DNA from: Curvularia clavata | Lineage: Eukaryota | DNA length: 64,000 nucleotides | Assembly (NCBI GenBank): GCA_023920165.1 | Contig: CP089278.1 | Coordinates: 3,162,001 to 3,226,000 of the forward strand | Direction of reading: 5' to 3' | Shown here: piece after piece, positions 47,255-59,243 of the stretch | How positions within the stretch are numbered: position 1 is the first letter of the stretch | How the letters are laid out: each line of letters starts with the position of its first letter | Notes under the pieces: generated by a model | What the model saw: only the letters and a program-made list of their open reading frames with translations | Told to the model about the DNA's origin: nothing | Database searches by the model: none | Position numbers and translations under genes: made by a program

Positions 47255-50200
47255 GGGTGGTTGGGTCTAGTTTTTGTAACGGCGCGAGCAAGACTAGTCG
47301 AATCGGTTCCGGTGGGAAGTGTCACTCAAATGCATATGGAAGTGCGTGGGACAGCAGAAACACCTTGGATTCGGTAGACACTCATAGGCCTGGTACGAAA
47401 GGATATCAAAAATCTACCGAACATCTATGGAAGGTACCTGGTACTTATACCTGGGTGCGGGTCTTCATCGGGTCTGACCCGGCTCTCAATCGGATCTTGA
47501 TAAGCTGCCCTGGCTGGGGTATGTTTTGGTCTATGCATGGTTACAGTTTTGTCCGTTTTGGCCTAAATTAGGTTAGTATAGGCTATGGTGGTTTTCTTCC
47601 CTTTTATATGAGATACCTAAGGCATTAGGATAGAGGTGATAATTGAAATTCTCTTTTCTTTACTTTTCTATTTCTTAGTTTTTGTTATGTAATGTCAGTT
47701 TAATATAGACTAATTTGGGCCAGGTTGCTCTAATTAGCTTATGCCGTTAAACACTTATAAAACCTTTTGGGGAAAAAAGTAGGTGAAGGTATATATGCTA
47801 ATTTGGCTCCTATTGGCCCTATTTGGCCCGTTTTGGCCCGCGTCTGCGTTGAGGGACCTGATTTGATTTGTTCTAGAACTCTTGAAGCGTTTTCTGGGTA
47901 ATATTGGCGGCTGGCTTCTATATATTTTTAGAGTTGGGGTATCTAGTCTATTTTACTAAGTATTCCCACTAATCGTTCTTGTTCTTTCTATGTCCCACTA
48001 TTTTGTCCACGAGGTAGACATCGTCGCCTGTCTCGCCTAGTTCGTGTTGTGTTGGGACTTTAGGATGTGGTATATCATCTGGGGGGTGATACTGCTCTAG
48101 TAAGGATGTATGGAACACTGGGTGTACGTTTTTTAGGCCAGGCATATCTACTTTAAATGCTGATGGGCCGATTTGCTTAGTTATTGTGCCTGGGCCAACG
48201 TATTTCTAGTCGATTTTCTTCTTTGGTTGTAGGGATTTAATATGCTTATTAGATAGTAGTACTTTATCCCCTATCTTAAAAGGAATAGGTTGTCTTTTGT
48301 TATCTGTGTGCTGTTTTTAGTACTTTTGCGCTTTTAGAATATTATTCTTGCACTCTTATTATATTTCGATTATTCTTGAGGTAGTATTTGCCGCTAGGGG
48401 GTTTTCGCCCCTAGTTTGGGCGTCTTTGGGCTATTCTGCGCCTCTTGGGTGTATGCCGTTGTATGCTTGGAAGGGGGTGACCTTGGTAGTCGAATGTACA
48501 CTGTTATTGTACGCGTATTCCCCTACTGAGATCTATAATGCCCAGTCGTCCTGCTCTAGGGAATAGTAGCAGCGGAGGTACTGTTCTAGAGTCTAATTTT
48601 GGCGTTCAGTCTGGCCATCTGTTTGTGGGTGGTATGCCGAAGTAAGTACACGTTTTGAGTTAAGGTAGTAAAGAAAGGTCTTCTAATGGGTAGAGTTTAT
48701 TAAAGGGCCTCTATCTGATATGATTTGGCGTGGTACGCCATAGAGACGGATTACTTTGCGCAACCATGCCTGAGCTAGGTCTACTCCGTTCTAATTGGAC
48801 CGTGCTGGCACGTAATGGGCCATTTTGGTCAGTCTGTCGACTATCACGAGAATTACGTCGTATACTACGCCTTGTAGTTTGCTTGGTGGCAATTTAGTTA
48901 TAAAGTCCATTGTTACTTCCTCCCAGGCTCTATTAGGTGGTGGTAATGGTGTAAGGGGCCCGTATAGCAGGTGCCGTTTCGGGGTAGATTTTTGATAGAT
49001 AAGGTATGATTTGCAGTAGTCTTCCACGTCTTTCCTCATGCCAGCCCACTTGTAGTGGCGCGTTAGTTTCTCTAATATACGTCTTGCGCCAAAATATCCA
49101 GAAAGCGGGTCGTCGTGACCTTATTTTAATGCTGCTGCTTTTTCCTGTGCCGTCTTGGGCACGGTTGGGCCAGAGTGGCCCTATTTGAGCCTTTGTAGAC
49201 TTGGTTTGGCCACGTCGTCTTCTTCTAAGCTACATGAGTCCGAAGTGTATTCGTCCGTCTCTAAGTCGGCCTCTTGAGCCAATGCTGCATGCCTCTGGTC
49301 TTCATATTGCTTCACTGCTGTATTCTACCGTTCTTATAATTGTGTGGTGGTAGCTGCAGCTATAGCAGTCCCTTCGGCATTGAATTTGAGCAGATGGCGT
49401 AGCGATGGCACATATGCGCTATTATTCTTCTACTTTGGCTCTTGGGCGGCTTTTATGTAGTCGGGTCTGCGCAATAGGCCGTCGGCGGGGTTTGTTTTCC
49501 TAGATTAGTATACAATTATAAAATCAAAACCTGATAGGGCTAAGTAAGACCGTACCTGGCGGTGATTTAGTATTTTGGTTTCTATAAACCACTTCAGATT
49601 TCGATGGTCAGTAATTAGATCAAAGTATATCCCATCAAGATATCTTCGCCAGTGTTGGAGACTAGCGATGATAGCTAGTAGCTCTTAGTCATACGTGTTA
49701 TAGTTGTACTCCGCGGCGATTAATTTACGCGAGTAGAAGTCTACAGGTCTCTAGCAAGCCTTTTTGGGCACGTACTGGCTTAGGATGCCAGCAATCGCTC
49801 CTTCTAACGCATCAACCTATACTCTAGTCTGATTGTCTAGATTAAAGTGGGTTAGGATAGATACTGCTATAAAAGAGTTTTTTAGCGTCTTAAACGCGCT
49901 CTTAGCGTTTTCGTCTAGAATTAGCAGTACGCTTTCCTCTTTTCGCTGAGCTTTGCCCCCTTTGGCGGTGTTCGGCTCCTTTTTTAGTAACTTAGTTAAA
50001 GGCAGTGCGATTCTGGAGAAGTTAGTAATAAATCGACGATAGTAGTTCATAAAGCCTAGAAACACGCGGACATCGCGCACTGTACGCGGTTCTGGCCATT
50101 CCTAGGCCGTTTTGGCCCGATCTGGGTCGATACTTATACCCTCGGGGCTAACTGTGTAGCCAAGGAACTCAGTGTGTTAGATATGCCATTCACACTTCGA

Positions 50201-52784
50201 AGTCTTCAAATACAGCTTGGCTTCGCGCAATCTGTTTAAGACTTCGCGCATATATCTCTCGTGCTCCTCTTCTGTATTGGAGAACACCAGAATATCGTCC
50301 AAATACACAATACAACTCACATCTACCAATCCTGCAAGGATATAGTATATGTACGCCTAAAATTATGCAGGAGCGTTTGTAAGGCCAAAAGACATTATAG
50401 TATACTTAAAATGGCCGTATCTGGTGCAGAAGGCTGTCTTCCACTCGTCTCCCTTCTTAATCCTCACCCTATGATATGCTTCTCAGACGTCTAGCTTGGT
50501 ATAGAATTTTGCCTCAGCCAATCTATCTAAGGACTCCATAATTAAGGGTAAAGGGTGACGGTTTTTAAGCGTTATATTGTTTAGACCTCTATAGTCCACA
50601 CATAACCTTATTGTGCTGTCTTTCTTCTTCGCGAAGAGTATTGGTGCGCCTGCTAGCGATTTTAAATATCTAATTCACCCTCTCGCGAGATACTCACGTA
50701 AGTAATTCTGGAGTAGCGCTAACTCGCTCTTCGAGAGCCTATATAGCGGCTGATATGGTGGCGTGGTGCCTTCTTTTAAGGTTATCACCAAATTGTGCGG
50801 GCTATGCTTAGCAAGGCACTTGGCATCCTCTTCCAAGGCCAAATCCGCAAAGTCCTCGTACTATGGTGGCAACTAAGACAACTTGGCTTGATCAGGGCTA
50901 ACTTGGGCGTTCTTAGGCTTCTCCAACCCCTCCCAGTCCTCTTCCTCGTCGCTTGGGTCCCAACCCATTACAGTAGACACTTTGAGCGCGTAAACGTCTG
51001 TTATGGGCGTTTGGAGTATTTTCTTAAACTTTTTGGCGCTTTCTATCGCGATTTTCTTATATAAAGCCCTATCTATATATTTTACGCCTCTAAATAGCAC
51101 TCGACGCGATTAGAGGCTTATTTTAGGCTTGTAGAAGTCGACTTAAAGCATATCTAAGTATACTAGATAATGCTTCATTTCTATCACTATAAAAGGTATA
51201 TTCTAGAATTTAGTTCTCTCTCTTGTGTCTATAACTTTTATAGTCACCTCTATAGTACTATAAATCTTAAACTCCGCGCCGCTTAAGGCTTCTACTACTA
51301 AGTTTGGTATAGGAGTTATTGTTAAATCGTGATCCTTGGCTTAGTGGATTGAGAGTAGATTTAGTTGAGACCCTCTATCTATTAGCGCTTTGAGTAGATC
51401 TTAGCCAATTTGCACTATTATGGTCAATAGTGGGCTAGGTTTGCTAAACATTGCTTCGCGAAGTGTCTTCAAGTCCTCTTCTAGCTCTAGTCTTGTAATA
51501 TAGGCGGAGAGTAGGGCTACTAGGTTCTCCGCCCTTTATCTTTTTCTAGTTTGGGTTCTTTAGGTGCCGCTTGGCTTTATTTGTGCTTACTATAGTTCCT
51601 ACTGATGTGTCTGGGTTCCCCGCAGTTGTAATAGACAATTTTGCCCTCTACGTCGCGTCCTCGAACCTTGTTTGCCGCGTATGAACCTTTTATATCCGTA
51701 GGGTTCTGTCTTTATTTTTTCAGGATTTTTTCGTACTCTCTTGTGTTCTTTGGTGGTGTGCCGCTCCTAGCTTGCTTGTTCTGCGTTGTTCTAGCGTTGC
51801 TAGGCTTCTCTCTTTTCGTTCTGTCCTAGATAAGTCGCGCTCGCGCGTTTAGGTCTGAGATTGTGCTTCTTTGACCTGGTTCGAGTAAAAGCAACTCTTT
51901 TTATATTATCATTGTCAAAGCGCCTATAAAGTCCCTCACTCTCTGCTCTTCCGAGTAGGCATTGCCCAATTCGGACCAAAGTGTGTCCAATTTGGCCAAC
52001 AGGTCGTTTAGGTCCTGAGACCAGTCCTGTCTGATGTGTTTGAGAGCTCGGTGGGCTTCAAGCTTCCGCTGTTCTGGTGGTCCCAGTGAATCCACCATTA
52101 TAGTCTTCAGGTCTAGCCACGTGGGTGTCCAATTCGTGTCTTTTCTACAGTAGTCGTGATAATAGGCGTCCTATATAGAGCGTAGGGGGTCAGTGATATA
52201 CCTAAGCCCAAAATCGATCTTGACTGCCTCTATTTGGAACGTTTTAGGGCTTCCCCTAAATGTTGCCTCACATTCGCGTTCCTAGCGATTGTACTCGGCA
52301 CGATCGCGGCTTATAAACTATATTGGTTTTTCTAGTTATGGAGCTCCCACGTTTGGTTCTAGTTGTATCTCCACCGCACGGTGTGGTTTATATAGGTCCT
52401 CTGTCAGTGCTGTCGTGTCACTTTGGTCGAACCGACGCTTGATTTTCTGGAGACGTTTCAGTTCTTGCTCGTCAAGCGCTCGTTGCCTCTAAGCGCGCAG
52501 TTCGTCTAGCTGTTGAGCAATAGTGGTCTGAGGTGGTTCAAGTCGAGCTGGGCTGCCCTGAATTGGGCTTCTCTGTGCCAGTTCGGCCTGATCTGCCTCC
52601 GTGACGGCAGGCTCGGATAGTTCACTTGAAGATGGCTGGGTTGAGTCTCTAGTTAGAGTGGGCTGTGAGTCCCCTACTACCGTGTTTCGAGTTGACCTTG
52701 GGCGGCTCCGAGTTTGGCGACTACCTGGGTTCGGCATGGCTCTCTCTGACATCTCGTAGGTGTACTTGAGGAGAGCGATTCGAA

Positions 52785-52993
52785 TGTTAGACTGTTAGTG
52801 GCGTAAAGGTACAGCACGAGATAGATGAGAGAGAACTATGCTTTAACAGCCATGTATTCACGAGACGAATCGCTATTGAGCACCTCTAGCGATCGTGGAG
52901 GCTTTATAGCCTTAGGTAAGCCCTAGCTGACTAACTAGCGTGAAGAAGGAGGGAATTGGACCAACATGTCCCAATTTGGACCAGGTCCTGACA
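52785..52993 (-). repeat. 5' LTR of the Gypsy element with TATA box
   Basis: Copy of 45387-45595; minus-strand TATAAA at 52903-52908. Confidence 0.95.
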
Positions 52994-53928
52994 ATTATGT
53001 AACCTGAACAGGCTATACAGCTTTTAATAAGGTTAAGTTTCTAGCTGCTATCGAGTTAATCTGCGCCTATATATTCAAGTCCTGTATGATATAAAAAGGC
53101 TGGCGGGACTTAGGATTATATCTATTAGATATTAAGCGTATTAAGAATAATATATAGAGAGATTTTGCTGATTAGAACGCTAATTGCCAAGATACTGGTA
53201 GTAGTAGTAGTGATAGTAGCAGCAACGCTACTATAGATAGAACACTACTACCACCAGAGCTAAACACGCCTCTAACGATCCGGATACTTAAGCGCAATAT
53301 TGACTATTATCTAGAGAATGAGGAGCTTAGCGATAATGTAAAATATACGTTATTTAGAGCGTATAATATGTCTATTGCTGGAGACTAAGTAATTAATAAA
53401 CTACGTACTATAACTTCGATTGTATAACTACGGCGATTATACTAATAAAGGACTTGTATAATTCTTAAATCTTTAATAGAAGTTATTTACTCCTATTTAG
53501 CACGAAAGATAGTTTAAAATAAGTTTGTAGCTAAGTTAAGCTAGCTTATATTTGAATATTTAAAGATAAAGGGTATACTAGTTATAAAAAAAAAGTAGCA
53601 TTTCTAAGCTTACTAACTAGTATATAAACAATTATAGCGGGTATAAGTATTAATGCGTATTATAGGTTTACTAGTGTACGAAAATTAGTACGAAAACTAG
53701 TATAGTTAAGTAGCAATTTGATAGTTTATTAAAGGTAGTTGAAAAAATATCGTATTGAAGGTAATATCGTATTAAGGGTCGGCACTCGCCTGCGGCGAGT
53801 GTCAGCGCAGCTGACGTAGCTTAGTCATAAGCTACGCCTTGGCACGGATAACCTACTCTTTCCCTACCACCCACCATGCACGCTCGCGTGCCAAGGATAA
53901 AGACTTGCCAGATCCCATCTTGACTGCT

Positions 53929-56372
53929 ATGTTCAAGCAAGCCCGGAGCCGAGGTACGTGGCTGCCAAGCCGTTGATGCTAAGACACCGCGACTAACTGC
54001 GGTCCTGCAGACGGCTGCGGAGCCTGCAGGCAGAAAGTACGTAAACCAACACCGCCGTCCGACCTTATCCTGTGCAAGGACAAGCTGACATTAGCACCCT
54101 TCCAGCGCATCAAATGCGATGAAACCCGGCCCCGGTGTCGGAACTGTCAAGGGCGCAATATTCAGTGCCCCGGCTTCGCCCGCCAGTTGCGATGGAAGAC
54201 GACGTCCCTCACCTCAGGAGCTGTCCGTAAACATCCGCGCAAGACGCTGGCCATGCAGCAAGCGACGGCTCAATCCCTAAGCCCGGATCCGTCTACTTCA
54301 CAGCTCATAGTCATTGGCCAAAATTGGCGACAGCAGCCGACTATGCAAGGCTCGCAGACCAACGCGCATGACAGCTCTTTCATTCATGATCACGTGTCGT
54401 TGCCTTCCCCGCCCCTCGCAAGCGCCAGTCGTTCTCAGACAAGCACCCTAGACCCGCATCCCGCTGGCGCCAAAGAGAGTGAGCAACAGCACGAGGTCAA
54501 TTTCACCTCAGCCACATCCGTGCTGGATACTGCTGTCTCGCAACCCGTCACTCCGCAGAGTTCCACAGAGTGTGGTGACTCTCTGAATCAGACCGAGATT
54601 ACTTCCCCTGTGGGAGTCTTAGCACACGAGTCTTCTTCCCCACACACGGCAGAGTCAACTGAGTACGTGCTTTCCCAGGATACGCCGCCTTGCGTGTCAG
54701 CCTCTTCAGAGAAGACGAGAGACAGTGGAGGAGATCAGCACCACAATCTGATGCTTGGCGATATCGACCCCGTGCTTGAGCTGACTTCTAGCGATGCTTG
54801 GCTGTGTAGCATCGAGCAGCAATCTGGTGACGACTCGGACTTTGATATATCTGCTGTGACAGCACAAGTTGGCCAGCAATGTGTCGATTCTGATAGCCTT
54901 GTCTCGGCGAGTGCATCGTGGCAGCGCAACATCTGGATAGATGCCGAAACCGAGAACAACTTGACAGTACACTACTTTGAAAACATTTGTCAGATGATGT
55001 CGTGCTTCGACTCTCGTCAAAACCCTTTCCGCAAAGACATACCGCGGGTAATGCTCACTTGCGAATACTTAAACGACTGCATTAAAGCTCTGTCTGCAGC
55101 ACACCTGGCGAATTCAATTTGCGGTATGGACAACATTGCCGTAAGACACCAGACAAAAGCAATGCGTGGGCTCATGTCCGTTCTTCAAAAGCTACAATCT
55201 CCAAGTCGCCATGGCAGTAGCGACAATGAGCTCTCACGCTTGTCGGTCACGTTCACACGATACCAAGCCTTGTTAGCTGCTCTGCTACTTGCAATTAGCG
55301 CGGTAAGAACAAAACCCAAGTACACGATAGTTTTCCGAGACTAATACATTGTAAGGCTTGGGTTGATGCTTCAACAATTGGTTTGGCCCATTATCATGGC
55401 GCGAAACTGCTTTTCCAGGCATGGTTATCCGACGAAGGAATCCACGATACGCTAAAAGAGTCTGTTATACTAGATCGTGAGCAATCCTTCATCGTAGGTG
55501 CGATGGTATATCTGGAATGCCTAATATCCATAGTCACCAATCAGCCTATGGAATCGCTACAGTACTTGCTGCGTTTTGTTACACTTTCCCAAGAACAAAG
55601 AGTATATCCTAATCCCTACACAGGGATTAGCACCCCTCTGTTCATCTACCTAGCTAAAAGCGTTACGCTTATCAGACAAAAGCGGAATCTGATACCTTGG
55701 GAAGAACGCGGCTTTAATCTCGATCTTCAGATATCCAGAAGCGCCAGGGAACTGTACCTACTCGTCTTAGCTCATCGTCCTCCTTTGGTAACATCAGTGG
55801 ATGACACTCAAGATGAAAATACCCCTCTCACCCATCTATTCGCCATGGACACAATACTGCGCCTAGTAATATTGTTAGAGCTTATGCAGGGTTTCCCCGA
55901 AGTCGTCATATACGATCACCCCACACGTGAAGTGCGGCAAACAAGCCTAGACCTCGCCATCGCAGTATTGACTATCATATCCGACCTGCCCGAATCATCT
56001 GGTACGAACATCATGCTATCTATTCCCCTTCTGTCCGCAGGTAGCGCATTGCAACCTATTGAAAGCACTCCAAGGAATATCCATCAGGGTTACGACCTCA
56101 GCTCCAATTGCCTCGACGCGCTCTGTGGCCAAATAGCTGCTTTGATGCACCGTCCTGCCACGCTTCAAATGTGGCGGGATCAAGTGGCATGGCGTGTCGA
56201 GCGATTGTACTGTCGCGTTAGCGTAGCCTCAGTAAAACGGATAAGCGCAATTTTGGAAGCTGTCTGGCGTCAAGCAGACGAAGCGAGTAATTTTGGCACA
56301 TGTGCATCAGCCACTATGGTCCATTGGATGGACGTCATGATCGAAGGAAGACTGGAAACGCTGTTTGGTTAG
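53929..56372 (+). CDS. Zn(II)2Cys6 transcription factor with Fungal_trans_2-type C-terminal domain (3 introns)
   Basis: Spliced MFKQARSRDGCGACRQKRIKCDETRPRCRNCQGRNIQCPGF...; HYFENICQMMSCFDSRQNPFR, ALSAAHL, PNPYTGIS, WMDVMIEGRLETLFG*. Confidence 0.9.
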
Positions 56373-56929
56373 GTGCAAACTCTTTAGTCCGCAAATCATT
56401 GGTTCGGGTCAGCGTCGGAGCTGTGGCGGATCCCTTTGGCATTACTACCGACATGTACGGAGTACATATATGAGCATCTTTGAAGCGGCAGTCACACGAC
56501 TACGACCGACCTTCCGCTCATCTCTGTGTATGCATCAGCGAATCTGTATTCTTGGTCCTGCACCGCGTGTTCAGCCAGAACACATCGCGTGAGCATAGTT
56601 CTGGAGAATAGAAACCATCACTTCACAGCCCGTTGGCTGCAGTGAATTTGAATCTGCCGCCCAAAACATTCGAAGAAGAAATCGCCAAGGTTTGGAGCCT
56701 TGGCTACTGGAGCCCCCGCACGCCCCTCTAGAGTCTTTGCAGACACAAACGCGCTGCGTTATCGACCAACAAAGTCGATAGGATGGGCGCTCCGTATGGG
56801 ACCAGCGGTATACCCACACCACACTAGCTGCGGACTCGCGAGTCTACAGTGCAGCGGTTCCGTAGATTGTGCAAAGCGGTTGTTTGGCTGGAGATGATGG
56901 ATAGAGGAGGGCACAAGGCACTACGCTGG

Positions 56930-57100
56930 GAGGCGGAAAGTCTCCGCCAAGCGAAAGCTATCGCCTTATCGAAGGGGCATTACCTCGTGCAGTGGATCCT
57001 AGAGCCAGACTGATGTGGTTTCTTGTCCTAGATCATCAACGTACGACAAATGGCAGATACTCTACTCGTTGCGCGCGGCCAAAGTGCGGTGTCTCAGGAC
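56930..57100 (+). mobile_element. Short degenerate pogo transposase (CENP-B-type HTH) relic
   Basis: LVQWILEPD*CGFLS*IINVRQMADTLLVARGQ resembles VVEHILDLGSRGFPPRLADVANMANSL of the intact transposase at 42033-43721. Confidence 0.6.
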
Positions 57101-59243
57101 GTATGCGGACTTTGTGTAGTGCTGGATAGTTCATTGTATTTTCCTACACTTCATCTGGTTCCATTACGTTGTTGAAGACCTATCGTGCAACTTATCAGTG
57201 GAACATGCTATGTACCAGGTTTCTAGTCTTAGGCACAAAGTGCACTAGATGTGCGCTTCGCAATTCATATTTGCAATGATTTCTTCAGCTTCACATCTCT
57301 GCCCGCTAGTTCTATTCATTATCATCTATCAATTCGTGCACCACGTGATTTTGCCTACCGAGCTTGGCTCGCTTACAATCAGAAGTATCATAGTCGTCTG
57401 CCCTTCTGCTTGTATGACCGTTATGATACTATTTACAAGACCGCGTTACGTGTAGGGATGAATGATCAGAGAAACTCATCAGCTCGTCATTCGAGGCCGT
57501 TGTAATTCAAAGTTCTCTATCAACTATGTTGACAAATTGCAATGAACCATAGCCCTGAAACTAAGACCCCGCCTACTTCTTCTTAAGCTCCCTAGTCTTG
57601 GTCGACTTCTACTTATCGATAGTCAGGAGGTGCTCGCCATGAAGATGGAGAAGGGTGTGCTTGACGACGTCAATGTCCCTCTACAAGCTGGCGGTAACGG
57701 TATTAACACCAACGACCTATACCAAGGTTACATTGGCGCAACCTGGATCGAAATCGCCTAACATGAAGCGGTTGGAACACATGCTTTCTTCAAGAGGAGT
57801 GTCATCGCCACCGTCAGCCTTCCTAAAGATTCGGTCCGTCTTCTCAGACAGTAGACACTCGTTAGTAGCCCTCTTTGTAAGCATCTCCGTCTTACCGCGC
57901 ACCTTCTTATACGTCCGTTAGTTGCTCTTAGTCGTACGTTCAGTTCTCTTCCATACAACCCTAGGGCTCAAGTGAGCGTGTGCCTACTAGTTAATGATAG
58001 AGCGTAGCCCATGACACTTCTCTCTAATATATACTAGTCTTCAACTATGTTTATCACACTATACCCTGGTATAGTATCATATTCTCTGCCTAATATCATC
58101 ACCCCTAACCATATTTTATCTACTATCTACAAGATACGAACGATATCGGCGCAGGTTAATCAAAGAATCGGCATTGGGTCAGAGGTATGATAGAGGTATA
58201 TGGGAGTATGTGGTTGCCCTATAATAATACCATATATCAGTTGATAGGGTGTCGGCTTTGTACGGAAGGATAGTGGAAAACTATCAAGATAGTAAGAGAG
58301 GAAGAAGACGCCCTTTTTACCCTAAGCGTGATACATAGAATGGAAAAACTCCTAAGGTCCGATAAGGGACCGTACGAGATCTGACCCACCTCAGGAGCAG
58401 GGTAAGCGAGTTCTCCCACTAATACCAAACAACAATCACCTCGACTTACTCCAGTGAATGAGCACAGATTTTCTTTCCTCTAATGATTCTCGTCTACGGA
58501 AATCAGTTTGGTGGGGTGCCCAAATTTGCCCGCAGTAAATCTGGCAATCCTACTAGAATCCTATTCGGATCCCAATCTCAGCTTGCCAGATCAAAGAATT
58601 GGCTTCTCGTTCCCGTTTGCCAGGTTGCGCATCTCAACTTTTTGGATTGCCGGTTTGCCTGCCGGCTCTGTCGGAGCCGCAATGGTAGTGCTTCTTGTGT
58701 GATTTGTAACTTTAGTGTCATGAGAGCAACAAGCAAGATGTCTGGGACCTAAGTAGGCTAGATATATGCTCCGTTTGGTATTTGCGTGTAGGTTCGAGAT
58801 TCAAGATAAAGAGAAGGGGTTTTCTGCTCCTTATCGAGCGACGGGTATGTATATCTCGTTTCATGACAGTCTAGTGCAACGGTTCTTCCAATTACAAGGC
58901 TTATCCGTGTAGCATTTTGTTGGCTAAATTGGAGCGCTCGTCGAGTCAGGTAATATACTATCGTTAATGGTACGGCCATGCTGTCGGGGTGCCTAAGAAG
59001 CTACGATGACCGGATTGTTAGTGACAGAGATAGTTGTTCGGGATCATAACAAGAAGTGTTTCTTTAAGAAGAGGTTGATAATGTGTTCATCTCGGTAAGA
59101 TGAGCTATTTGTAAACCTTCAAACTTGTTATATCCTATCTTTCCAAGGCAAAATATTCAACTATACCCATACTTACTATACGAGAGCCAACTGCACAGGT
59201 AGTAACCTATTTTGAAGGCGTCTTTCAAGACATCTCTAATCAT

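Larger units (their letters stand above)
45387..52993 (-). mobile_element. Full-length RIP-mutated Ty3/Gypsy chromovirus-type LTR retrotransposon (7607 bp)
   Basis: 209-bp LTRs at 45387-45595 and 52785-52993; TSD ATTAT (45382-45386, 52994-52998); polypurine tract just inside the left LTR. Minus-strand gag (from 52752, CYNCGEPRH knuckle), protease (ALIDRGS), RT (YLDDILVFS), RNase H, integrase (WEEVTMDFITKLP) and chromodomain (about 47900-48030), with many TAA/TAG stops. Confidence 0.96.
43769..53816 (+). mobile_element. Heavily RIP-mutated Fot1/pogo transposon split into three pieces (43769-44265, 45132-45386, 52999-about 53816) by LTR insertions
   Basis: The degraded transposase frame continues across the insertions (DI*NFNETSFRI...AYSDTS | YINNRLSFE*IKHF...LPLYTSHFL*PLNIGCFQPYKYWHAQAINY | ...FNKVKFLAAI...KGWRDLGLYL). 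Subterminal AATATCGTATT direct repeats near 53746-53775; right boundary approximate; no left TIR seen. Confidence 0.85.

Noticed and set aside
57600..58750. Degraded coding-like sequence (…NDLYQGYIGATW… vaguely calpain-like)
   Set aside because: Multiple stops and too short a resemblance to assign; probably a gene or TE relic.
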